Shown here one piece after another: positions 39,862 to 52,204 of a stretch of DNA of 64,000 bases. Made by a program: the position numbers and the translations under genes. The DNA is from Vicugna vicugna (Eukaryota): NCBI GenBank assembly GCA_013265495.1, contig MU058844.1:6757260-6821259 (forward strand), given 5' to 3'. The notes under the pieces were generated by a model. It ran no database searches and was not told the origin of the DNA. It worked only from the letters and a program-made list of their open reading frames with translations. Every line of letters starts with the position of its first letter. Position 1 is the stretch's first letter.

Positions 39862-40193
39862 GTCTATGATATTAATAAGATAACTTCTTGTTTGACTTTA
39901 TACGTACTGGTTTTATAATAGTCCCCGATAAAGTTCAACTTATTCTATTTCTTTTGTTGACTTCAGGCTGGCTTTTCTACTCCAACTAATTTTTTCTATG
40001 TGTAAATGGTTGAATATATACATGTCCCCATATATACTTCTGTTACTATCCTTGCTAACCCAAGATACTGATCTTATCTACTGGCTAACATATTATGGCC
40101 ACTACATTCCCTCTCCACCTTCAGGACATAGTTTTAAGAGTGGATTAACTGGTCTAAAATAGTAGCAGAATATTCAGCATTATAATTTGACAG

Positions 40194-40755
40194 TGATGGG
40201 GTTCAGGATATGCTACTCCAAAATATGGCATATTGCATATTTTATGTTGGAAAGGGTTTGAGAAAAGAGCAGAAGCAGGAAGGTCATCCGACCTTCCCCC
40301 ATACCTCTCCCCTGAAGTGGGTTATAAAATTCTCACATGAGAGGTGCCCTCCTTATACCCAGAAAAAAGGAGCATCCTTGTTTCTGAAGATACAGGGACA
40401 CTGACAAGAATCCAAACACACCTTGCTAAGTTCACCCCGGTTTACTACGCTTATGTCATATACTTTAATACATCGTATTCCTCCATGACTCTCCACCTTT
40501 CACCAAACAGCATAAAAATACTCAAGTCTAACTGTTTCTTCAGGTCCTTATTTCCTTATGAAGGCCACTGTATTGCATAAAATTTATATTAAATAAACTT
40601 GTACGTTTTTCACCTATTAATACTACCATGGCATGCAAAATTTACATTAAATACATTTGTTTGCTCTTTTCCTGTTAACCTTTCTTTGCCAGTTTAATTT
40701 TCAGACCCAGTCAGGGACCTTAAGATGGTCTAGGAAAACGGTTTCGTACCCTACA
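40194..40755 (+). mobile_element. MER34-family solo LTR (ERV1)
   Basis: TGATGGGGTTCAGGATATGCTACTCCAAAATATGGC...GAGAGGTGCCCTCCTTATACC...CCCTACA; similar to 8989-9562; imperfect TSD ACAG/ACAC. Confidence 0.85.
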
Positions 40756-41929
40756 ACACAAATGTCAAAAAGTCGTAACTAGACTCAAAATTAATACTTT
40801 TTGCTTATGGTATAATGCATTATTATGAATAACTGAAATAATTAGAAAAATGTCCAGCAACAAAAATCCTTTAAATGATATGATACAAGAATTCAAAATC
40901 TTTTAAAAAGGTCTAAGGATCAAGAGACAGAAAACCTGACATTTGGCTGTTGTTTAGTAGTGAATTTTCCCTTATTTTATCTGCCTGGGAGAAAATAATA
41001 TTTCTGACTAAGTAATCTTTCAAGTGCTTTAACAAACTATATTGTTATTAAAACAATTAAAAAGCTTTTTTATCAATATATGGTGATAGAGTTTATTTCT
41101 TTGGTTATTTCAGTTGTTTGTTTTTAACTCTCTCATTGGTTGAAAAATTGAGAGCTTAGATTTATTTCAAAATAGTTTTATGCTTCTAAACCAGCTGTCA
41201 ATGTGAAACACTAGGTCAAGCACAGATAAATTAGAATGCAGTTGCTGATGTTGACAAAAATGAATATGGTAAATGAGTATTTTGGGAATAAATAATTAAC
41301 TGCATAAGGTCACCTTATGGTAGTGTTTGACTTGATCATTATATGTAAAAAAAATTGTGATGTGTGGCTTTTCTTAACTCTCACTAAAAATAGAGAATAT
41401 AGAGAAGTAAACAAAAATGGCAAAAGTGAGTTTATCAGGTTGCCTCTTCTACAGAATAAAACGTTCATTTTAGGACTTTTAAAAAATAATTTCAGGTCCA
41501 TTATAATCTATTTTAAGATTATGAAGAATATTATAACTCTATTTTAAAGAATATTTTAATTGTACGCAGTTTTTATACACTATTTTATTTGTTGTAAATT
41601 TAGTTACATTCATTGATCATTTAATGAATACCTACTATGTGTCAAGACCTTTGTTGAAAAGACAGTGTTTTGTTAAAGGGAGTATAAAGTCAAGGGAGAA
41701 AAAGAAACAACTGAATTAAAATATACAGCTGTATCTTAAGAGATAAGTTTATGTAGATTCATTTACAGATTATTTTATAATTTATAGGCTATCCACAGAA
41801 ATTTTGGATTAGATGTTTAATTTCAAAGCTGTAGCAGGAAATATTACAACTATATATATAACATATGTAATTATTTCTCTTCTTTTGGATGAACCTACAT
41901 TATACCTGTGATTTATTTTCAGGAAGAAA

Positions 41930-42140
41930 ATCTAGATCTTGAGCCAAAACCAGTTTAAGCATCACTTAAATTCCCTACTAGCATTGTGATCTTGGGTAAG
42001 ATCATCCCTTGGCTTGTTTCAACATCAGTAAAATAGGTAAATTAATAAAATACTAATATCCCCCCTATCAAGAGGGCTATACAGAGAGGCTTCAATTATG
42101 TGTATAGTTTTACCTATAAAAATAAAATGAAGTGTGGCAA
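41930..42140 (+). mobile_element. MIR SINE, degraded
   Basis: CTACTAGCATTGTGATCTTGGGTAAG...GTTTCAACATCAGTAAAATAGG. Confidence 0.55.
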
Positions 42141-42734
42141 AACATTTGGATACAGTAGAACTCTGTAGTAGTATATGGTTGTTCATCATTCTATTCTCTG
42201 GACTTTTCTCTGTATTTGAAATATATCATTGTGTATTATATATTTTCACGAAGATGGATATATTATACAGTAGTTCCCTAGTTTACTAGATCATGCATTT
42301 CTTTGTTTCTGGATTATCACGTGGGAGTATTCTGCAATACACAATTTGTTAAACAAGACAATACCAACGCAACAAAATATTAAAACAAAGATTGCCGAGC
42401 ACTATTATATGTCAAGTTTAGGTTAAATGGCCATACTCTATGGTTGAGCTAATTGACATATTTTGCTTATTTCACATATTATCAGCAGTCTAGGATTAAG
42501 CACATGAAAACAAATTTTTTAAAGGTAGTATGTATGATCTATTAGGTCAATTGCCAAGAGAGACTTTGAACTCTCCGAAGAAATTACCATATAGTAATAG
42601 GAATTTCTGTCTCCGAATGCCCCTTAAATTGAAGCTTGAAGACTTTAAATAAAAAACAGACTAAAGTAATTTAATTTTAATGGGTAGTTTGAATTCATCT
42701 GAAATGAGCTGTTTGTAATGACAGACTTGGATTT

Positions 42735-43910
42735 GGCGCACAAAAAGTCATTTTGTATGTCATGGACTAAGGGAGTCAGATGGCAAGCCCAATATCTATG
42801 GGAAGGGAAAGTATACTCTTCCCACAAGAAGTTACTGTGCGATACATAGCAGTTAGCAAGGATATTTAATCCTCTTACGGGGAAGGAGAATAAATAGTCA
42901 GAAACAATAATAGAAACCATGGTAATCCCCTCTCTCTACACAAATATTTACTTATTTTCTGCATGCAAAATTCACTCCTCTTTCCTAAGGAATACACCCC
43001 GAAGTCTCATCCAATCATGGTGTTAGGCTCTAAGTCCAGAATCTCATGAAAATCTCTATATTAGGTTAGATGTGGCTTCTCTTACATCAGATATTAGTGA
43101 ATTTAAAAGTTAAATTAATAAATAAATGTTATCTTTCTCCCATTAACACAACATACAATGGGAAACAGATACATACTAACTGCAATATACACTCTAGTGC
43201 TTAGCATATATATAAAGGGGAAAACGGGAGGCACATAGCAGCAGCTGGTTAATAATGAATCTCTTTGGTCAAGTGCTGTACAGGCCCCCGACCCTGATGA
43301 TAAGGGAGTATTCTTGGATTAGTCATCAACTATATTCCTTGGGAGAAGTTTCTCCGTGGTTTTGGGGTTCCCCCCATGTGATGACTCTCTTACTCCTTTC
43401 AGGCTTCTGTAACAAAATACCACAGACTGGGTAGTTATAAAAAACAGAATTTTGTTGCTCACAGTTCTGGAGGCTGGAAAAACAAAGATCAAGGTGTCAG
43501 CATGGTAGGTTTCTGGTGAGCGTCACCTTTCTGTTTACAGCCAGCCCCTTCCTGCTGAGTTCTCACTTAATGGAAAGGTTAGGGATCTTTATGGAGTCTC
43601 TCTCTTAAGAGCACTAAACCCATTCGGGTGGGTTCCACCATTATGACTTACACCCTCCCAAAGGCCCCACTTACTAATACCATCACATGGGGCATTAGGA
43701 TTTCAACATGTGAATTTGGGGGGAACACAAACATTCAGAGCATAGCAAAGACTTTCTTTGGCCATATCTGGAAAGAACATTGAGAAATACACCATCTCTG
43801 GGAGTTGAGTATTATTTTTAGTCTGCTTCTTCTCTGTTAATATTAGGAATTCTAGAGGTTTTCTATCTGTAATGCATGCTGTTGGTTCCTTTGGTGGTGC
43901 AACTCTGCAA
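42735..43910 (-). mobile_element. MLT1 (G/H-like) LTR part plus MLT1 internal sequence, interrupted by MLT1A0
   Basis: LTR-like GGGAAAGTATACTCTTCCCAC...GAAACAATAAT, then CACAAATATTTACTT...ATGCAAAATTCACTC...AAGTCTCATCCAATCATGG...CTCTAAGTCCAGAATCTCATGA, typical of the MLT1-int 3' end. Confidence 0.7.
43386..43747 (-). mobile_element. MLT1A/MLT1A0 solo LTR
   Basis: GTAACAAAATACCACAGACTGGGTAG...CTCACAGTTCTGGAGGCTGG...GGATTTCAACATGTGAATTTGGGGGGAACACAAACATTCAGAGCATAGCA; TSD ATGAC/AAGAC. Confidence 0.9.
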
Positions 43911-46120
43911 TTCATGTTTTTTGCTGTATATTCACACCCACAGTTAACTGAAGAAATACCTTTTTCTATTGAATAGTACAATAATGAAAATCCACCTCAT
44001 CTCTCTTTACTGGATAAGGAGACCCCAACTCCTCTGAAGACCACCCACAGTTTGTAGGAAATCTCCCTCTCCACTATCACTGTGGATTTATTCTGCTTTC
44101 AGTAAAAGCAGTAATCATTTCCTACTTGTCTTCTGGGGATTTCTCCACTTCCCTTCTATAGGTTTCCAGGCAATAGGAGGCACAGCATTAATGGTTTCTT
44201 TACTTCTCTTACACTTAGCAAGTCTGTTTCTTGTGTAAAGTTCCTATTATTTACAGGTTCTGCTTTTCCAACTATAAAATTTAGTCTTAAGACTATGATG
44301 GGGAAAGGAATTTGGTTCAAGGCAGTTATAATTGAGGCTTCTAGTCATGGGTGACATGACTGACGGTGGAGTCCATATCAGGTTAAGACTAAAATAAAAG
44401 CTCCTCTAGTAAATTCCTAGAGCAAAAATAGGAAAAATAAAGACACTACACTAAATATTTCAATGAGGAAAAAGACACAGCTCTGTTGGAGTTGGAGAAT
44501 AAGAGAGACTAGAATAATGGGTAGTCATAGTTAGAGTAAGAATTTTGGAACTCACACAGTCAGAAATATACAGTTGGCCTGAATTCCAAAGAAAGGAAAA
44601 TTATTTGAAGCTGTATCTTAAATATTCCTATTTAACTTTATTTAGAAAATATTATATCTAAATGATGTTATTTATTGAACATTTTCTCAAAAAATCCTTG
44701 GCATGCATACCATCTGTAACATGTAAAAATCGGGATATGAAAAAAATCACTTTATTGAATTCACATACAATTTCAGAGATAAGCTTTAAAATTAGATTAG
44801 ATGTTATATGCCATGATAGAGAAAGGAACTGTTAATACATGCCCTTTCAATACAAAAATCATTTGCTAGAAAATATGGTCTCAACTTGAATTAAAGTGAA
44901 ATATAGATACTCACTAATGTAGTTTATTTCTAAATAAAGCACTTGTGGTACCAAAATCAAAACCAGTGGAAACAATGGATGGATAACTCATTACATTTTT
45001 AGAGAAAAGAATTCCATTTGCCATGAACTTTGACTTATCTTGGAGGTTGGTCTCCTACCTAGGCAAATTTTAATTCACATAGCTAAACATTATTGCAGAA
45101 ATACATTGTCCACTATTTTGTTCTCAGTATAAAGGATTTTTTTTTCAATATAAGGGATTTTCTAAAAAGATGATTAGATTCTTATTTTGGAACTTATAAA
45201 GAATTGTAATTGCTTTTGCACAACTCTGCTACCAAAAAGTGATAAGATTAATGGTAAAATAAAATCTATTATCTCTTAGTGAGAAAATCTCTATACAATA
45301 TTTGTTCTTTTCTGTAGACTCTCTTGACTGAATGCATAAAGAAGCTTTGGGAATGAGTTCTGAAATGAGTATTATAATTTGGAGATTTATATTCAATATT
45401 CCAATTGTATTGAGACATTTATTTATTCATTATTTCAAAAGGCACTGTGATGGAGACTGGGAATACAAGGCTAAATACAGTAATATCATTGCCTGACCTT
45501 TTGAAAACTGAAGCACTGGCTTCACACATAAAATCCTCAGGAGTCCTTATGCTCAAATCACTGTTTCTTGTCAGTTTCAGAGCTAGGAAGGCTATCTGAC
45601 ACGGGAGAAGGGAGTTTTTATTAATAAAGTGCTTCTCTGCTCTTCCCTGAGGTTATGTGAAAATGTAGAACTTATTGAATGGCACTGAGGAAATTCACAT
45701 TACTAATTGCCTAGTCTGCTTTAAATGCAGTAGATCTGATGTGAATATCTTTCAGAAATATATTAATAATTCAAAATTTTAATTGATAATCTGAAAATAC
45801 AAATATGTGAATGGATTCTCCAGTAATTTAGAAGTGATTGATGGTATTTTTCTACTTAATGTCAAATATATATGATTTTAAAATTAGATTCTAAAAGAGT
45901 ATTATTGTATTGAACCTAAGATATCATAAATAGTAAATACATCTTGAATTTATGTGCAATTTAAAAACAAAAACAGTACCAAATAACCACATAGTCACTG
46001 GTTAAAAAAAATACATATATATATATATATATGTCCTCATTTCAGATCTAATAGAGCAGAAAAATTAATATTGAAATTAATAATATAGAATATATGTATA
46101 TATACACACAAATACACATA

Positions 46121-46990
46121 TTATTCTTTTTTTAGATAATTATAGATTCACATGCAGTTGTCAGAAATAATACAGACAGAGCCTATGTACCTTTGATCTA
46201 GTTTCACACAGTGATACCGTCTCTCAAAACTACAGCACAATATCCCATCCAAGAAAGTGACACTGCTACCATCCACTATTGTACTTAGATTTCCCCACTT
46301 TTTCATATACTCGTTTGTGTCTATGTATGTGTATGTATATTTATTTTGGATTACAAAAAATTTTATGTGTATCTATTTGTGCATCCACCACCACATTCCA
46401 GATACAAAATACTTCCATTGCAGCATGCATACCTTGTCTGTCATCCCTATTACCCCACAAACTCCAACTCTCACCTCTGACAGCTACTAATCTATTCCTC
46501 ATTTCTACTATATTTTCATTTCACTAAAGTTATATACGTGGAATCATATAGTATATAATTTTTTGGTATCTGCTTCTTTCAGTCAGCATAATTCCCTGGA
46601 GATTCATTCAAGTCAGATCCTGTACCAATAGTCCCTTCCTCTTTATTTTTATTGCTCAGTAGCATCCCATGGGTTGACTCGACCACAGTTTGCTTAGACA
46701 TTCACCCAGTGAAAAACATCTGGGTTGTTTCCAGTTTGGGGCTCTAAAAGAAAACTGCTCTAAAGAGTCACGTACAGATAAACTTAAATCTTCATTTATC
46801 TGGAACAAATGTGCAAGAGTGCAATTGCTCAGTCTTATAGTAATTATGTTTTAGTTTTACAAGAAATTTTCAAACTCTTGTCCATTGTGGAAAACATTTA
46901 CTCTTTTTTACAGTCTACAATCTTGCCAGAACTTTGTGTTATCATTAATCTTTTAAGCCATTCTGGTTGTTATCTAATGATATACTGTGA
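46121..46990 (-). mobile_element. L1MC-type 3' region
   Basis: GATAATTATAGATTCACATGCAGTTGTCAGAAATAATACAGACAGA...GGTTGTTTCCAGTTTGGGGCT...GAGTGCAATTGCT. Confidence 0.85.
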
Positions 46991-49962
46991 TTTTATTTAT
47001 TTTTTATTGAGGTAACATTAGTTTATAACATTATATGTTTTATGTGTAAAACATTTCAAATTCTGTGTACACTACAGTGTGCTCACCACCAAAAGTTTAG
47101 TTTACATTCATCACCATACAGTTGATTCTCTTAACCCATCTTGCCCTTCCCCACCCCTTTTCCCTTCAGTTATCACATTTTGTTCTCCGTATCTGTGTTT
47201 GTTTTTGTTTGGTTTGGTTATTTTTTAAACTATTCCACATATGAGTGAAATCATATGGTATTTATTCTTCCCCATCTGCTTTATTTCACTTAGCATACTA
47301 CCCTTAATGTCCATCTATATTGCTTCAAATGGTTAGATTTTATCTTTTTATACAGTTGGGTAGTATTCCATTGTATATGATACCACAACTGCTTTATCCA
47401 TTTATCCATTGCTAGGCACTTAGGTTGTTACCCTATCTTGGTTATTGTAAATAAGGCTGCAATGAATAGAGGAGTGTTTTCTTTTTTTGAATTAGTGTTT
47501 TCATATTATTTGGATACCCAGAAGTGGAAGAGACACGTCATACGGTGATTCTCCTCTTAACTTTTTTTTTTAAGGAATTTCCATATTGTTTTCCATAGTG
47601 GCTACATCAGTTGACATTCCCACCAACAGTGTATGAGGGCTGTATGTATGATTCTAAGAATTTATTCGTTCCTTCTGAGTTGTCCAATTTGTTGGAGTAT
47701 AGCTGTTCACTATATTCTCTTATGATCCTTTGTATTTCCATGGTATTCATTGTAATTTTGCCTCTTTAATTTTTTATTTTATTTATGTGAGCCTTCTCTC
47801 TCTTTTTTTCTTAGTGAGTCTAGCTAGAGGTTTATCAATTTTGTTTTTTTCTTTTTTAGTTTCTTTAGGTATAAGGTAAGATTTTTTTATTTGAGATATT
47901 TCTTATTTCTTAAAGTAGGCCTGTGTTGCTATAAACTTCCCTCTTAGTACTGCTTTTGCTGCATCACATAGATTTTGGTATTTTTTGGTTTCTCCTTTGA
48001 TTTCTTCATTGACTTAATTGTTTAATAGCATGTTGTTCAGTCTCCACATATTTTACTTGTTTGTTCGTTTGTTTGTTTGTTGCAGCTTTCTTCATGTAGT
48101 TGATTTCCAGTTTCATAGCATTGTGGTTGGAAAAGCTACTTGACATGACTGTAATCTTCTTGAATTTACTGAGACTTGTTTTATGTCCCAGCATATGGTT
48201 TAGCCTTGAGAATGTTCCATTTGCACTTGAGAAGAATGTATTCTGCTGCATTTGGATGGAATGTTCTGTACAAATCTATTATGCCCATCCAGTCTAATGT
48301 TTCCCTTAAGGCTGCTGTTTCCTTGTTGACTTTCTGTCTGGATGATTTATTCATGGATGTAAGCAGGCTGTTAAAGACCCCTGCAATTATTGTGTTGCTG
48401 CCAATTTCACACTTTAGGTCTGCTACTAATTGCTTTATATATTTTGGTGCTTGTATGTTGGATGAATATATATTAGCAATTGTTACGTCTTTTGATAGAT
48501 TGTCTTCTCTATTATTATATAATATTAATTTTGTCTTTTTTTAACCTTTTTTGTCTTGAAATCTATTTTACCTATTATGAGTATGGCTACACTTGCTTTC
48601 TTTTGGCTCCCATTTCCTTGGAGTATCATCCCCATCCCTTCACTTTAATCTTATGTTTGTTTTAAGAGCTGAGGTGTGTTTCCTGGAGGCAGCATACACT
48701 GAAGTCTAATTTTTTAATCTATGTAGTCACTCTGTGTCTTTTGATTGGTGAATTCAATCCATTTACATTTAGGGTGATTATCGATAAATGAGGACTTCAT
48801 AATGCCATTCTATCTTTTGTTTTCTGGTTACTCTGTATCTCCCTGTTTCTTTTACCTTGTGTTTCTGTCTGCCATTTTAGTTTGGTGGTTTTCTAAGATG
48901 TTTTGGATTTCCTCTCTTTTATGTTATGTATCTCTCCTCTAGATTTATATTTTGTGGTTATCATGAGGTTTGTATAAAATGTCTCATAGATAAAATAGTC
49001 CTTTTTCTGTTGATAGCATCTTATCTTCATTTGCCCAAACAAGTTCTATCTTTTTCCTCTTCCTTTTTTGTTTTTGTTGTCTCAAAATATTCCTTTTTAT
49101 GTTGTAAGTTTCTTACTAAATTGAAGCCATGCTATAGTTATTTTTACTGATTTTTCCCTTTAATCTTTATGCCATAATAAAGTATTTAAAACCTATTCTG
49201 ATAGAAGTTGCATTTTTCTGATTCTGTTACTTTATTTATATCACCCTACTCAAAGTTTCATATAATTTTGCCTTTTTGTTTCAAGTAGAAGTGCTTCTTT
49301 CAACATTTCTTTTGAGGCCAGTCTAGTGGTGATGAACTCCTTCAATTTTATTTATCTGTCTTTATTTTCCCCTCATATCTGAATGATAATATTGCTAGAT
49401 AAAGTATTGTTGCCTGACAGTTTTTATCTTTTAATATTTTGAGTATGTCATTCCAATTTCCTGGCCCATAGAGTTTCTGCTGAGAAACTTGCTGATAGCT
49501 TATGGGGGTTCCTTTGTTGGTTTCCATCCTTTTTTCCCTGGCTGCCTTTAAAATTCTTTCTTTGTCATTAACTTTTGACAGTTTTAATATAATGTGTCTT
49601 GGAAAAGGTCTTTTTGTGTTGAAGTAATTAGGTGTTCTCTTAGTCTTATGGACTTACATATCTAGTTCCTTCCCCAGGTTTGCAGAGTTCCTAGCTATTA
49701 TTTCATTAAATAACTCTCCACTCCCTTTTTTCTTTCCCCCCTCTCTGGGATACTAATTATCCTTATGTTGCCCTTCTTAATGGGGCTGGATAGTTCCCAT
49801 AAATTTTTTTTCTTTTCTTTTTTTAGATCTTAGTTCTCTCTCCTATCTGTATCATTTCTAGATTTCTATCTTTGAACTTGCTAATTCTCTCTTCCATATG
49901 GTCTGCTCTACTTCTAATGTTTTCTAATACATCTTCATCGCATTTATTGAGTTTTTAAGCTC
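46991..49962 (-). mobile_element. L1 (laurasiatherian L1MA-like) with ORF1, endonuclease and 3' end, but RT region deleted
   Basis: Poly(T) at 46991. ORF 48006-48251 gives the endonuclease C-terminus (TFFSSANGTFSRLNHMLGHKTSLSKFKK...SNHNAMKLEIN). 49602-49531 gives ORF1 PRHIILKLSKVNDKERILKAAREK. Deletion junction at about 47640-47650. Confidence 0.9.
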
Positions 49963-49964
49963 AA

Positions 49965-50350
49965 TTTATGGCCTTAAAGTGAAATGTATAAAACTTACTT
50001 CTATTTAGGTCCCTTTAACCTCCCTAATTTTTAGATATAATTGTCTCAAGGATTTCCTCTATGTACCTTGAGTAGCTCATAAGATGATGTTATAAATTTG
50101 TGTCAATCATCAAATATGATTTGAGAGACTCACGAGAACTAGATAGTCTATATTTGCCTTACTTCTTAATGATTCCACTACTTATTTTTTTCTTTCTTGA
50201 AGCTCCAGGGTCTGTCTTTGCTATTGTTTCCTTTCTAGTTTGAGAATTCCCTTTACCGAAATTTAAGGTTAGGTTTGCTAAGCAACCTTCATCTGAAAAT
50301 GTCTTTATTCCCTATCCTATGACCCTCCTAAAGGATACTTTGCCAGTTTG
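49965..50350 (-). mobile_element. Older L1M ORF1/inter-ORF fragment
   Basis: TTTCCTTTCTAGTTTGAGAATTCCCTTTA...ATCTGAAAATGTCTTTATT...AAGGATACTTTGCCAG. Confidence 0.6.
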
Positions 50351-52204
50351 AGTATTTATTGCCCAATAAATAAGTTTAGAGGATGACATGTACATTTCAT
50401 CTCACCTCAACCCTAGATATGTCTCTATTTTTTTTCCTTGATTTAAAAACAAGTGTGATTACTTATTAAATACGGATTAAAGGGAGTAAGAATTTAAGTG
50501 AGGAGAATTGAAGGACTTAATAGAGTTCTGTGGCTTAGGTAGGCAACTTATCTTCTCTGAACCTTAGTCGTCTTATTTTCTTAAAAAAATGAGGAACTGT
50601 GTGAGTTCATTCCAGGTTTGTGATCCATGCTGGCCAAGACAGGATTGTGATGCCATGCACTTATTGCTTAATAATTTAGGTTTTTAAAATGTCGAATAGA
50701 GTCAATATTTTGAGAAGAAATATTATTTCTTTTTAACATTTTTATTCTTTTGAAATTAATTTTATCATATTTTTCCTTTTGGATCATAAAACTATAAAAC
50801 AATATTCCCAGTGAAAATCCTAGCTACATATATATAAAATAAATCTTCGATCAGGATTAAATCAATAATTGTTGAAATTTGGACTAAATCAAATTATTTC
50901 CTCAACTATTCCTTATAACTTACAAAGCTAAGTATGGGATCACAACATACATGACTAACTGTTTTGCTCCGATTGTAAAGCACCTATGTACCAGTAATTA
51001 GTTTCCTTTCTTTTTTCTTCTTTCTTTTTTTTTTTTTCCACTCCTCTTGATGATTGATCTTAGGAATTTATATTTGAGTAAACTACACAGTAATTACCTT
51101 GGTACATAATGGTGTATCTTAGTTAAAACAATTTTAAGAATTCGCTTGATCATGACCATTTTCAAACCATATTGATATTTTTGTAACATTAAAGATTAAA
51201 TGTCTTCAAAATTATTTTAAAACTAATTTTAATGTAGTCATAAAATAAATGAATATAATCTGAGAAAAGAACATGTGTTTAAATATAAAGGAATACATGA
51301 AATAAGAGGTGATGTAGAACATTTAAAAGAAAAATGGTTGAAAAGGAATAAGAAAATGTTACTTGCTCAGAAAGATCTGATTTTCAAGCCAAATATTGAA
51401 AATCCATTTGGTCAACTGTATATTCTTTCTTGTCTTTAAAATTGCAATTCCTTTCCCAAAGCTTTGAATGGAAAATTGTGATTGCAAAGAACCATTCTTC
51501 AGTTATGGGAAAGCTGAAGCCATTGTTGAATTTGTTGAATTACTCAGTTATTCCAAGAAAGTCCTACAGGGATTTCCAAGGGTGATGGTAATGAATGAAA
51601 TTGATCTAATCTTGCAATATGAAAAGAATTTCTTGGAGTGGAACACTTGTTTCACAGAGGAATCTTCAGGGAAATAACTGGCAAAAGCATCCTTTTTTCA
51701 CGGAAGGAAACTTATTCACATGACATAAGAGAAGGCAAGGACGTTTTAAATCTTAACACAAAGCTTGTCTATTAAAGTCCCACAATAATACTGGCTTGAG
51801 GGGCATTTGCAAGCACTCTGAAAAATGAAAATGCCACAGCCCTCGTTTCAGTGATATACGTACATTCTTGGTGCCAGGTCCTTTTAATTCTTCTCATGTA
51901 GTAATGTGAAATTTAATTTACTTTATGATCTGTTAGGTACAGGCTTCAAGACCTGTGAGGCTACTAGGCATCTTTGATCTACTTTAAAGACTGGCACCAA
52001 TAAATGGTACTCTGACTTGCATTCATAAAGCAAAGCTACTACATGAGAACTTACGGGACTGGACCCCAGTGATGAAGTATACCTCTATGGTACTTAACAG
52101 CTTTCAAAGTTCTTTCATATGTATTTGGTTACTGGAATCCTGTAGCAACCTCAACAACTGTTATAACAACTGCAATACTTCTTTAATTCATTTCACCACC
52201 TACT

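Noticed and set aside
42150..42450. Possible Tigger-like ends (TACAGTAG…)
   Set aside because: I could not find a matching terminal inverted repeat or body similarity.
48006..48544. Overlapping ORFs of 65-122 aa
   Set aside because: They are an L1 endonuclease remnant and its antisense frames.
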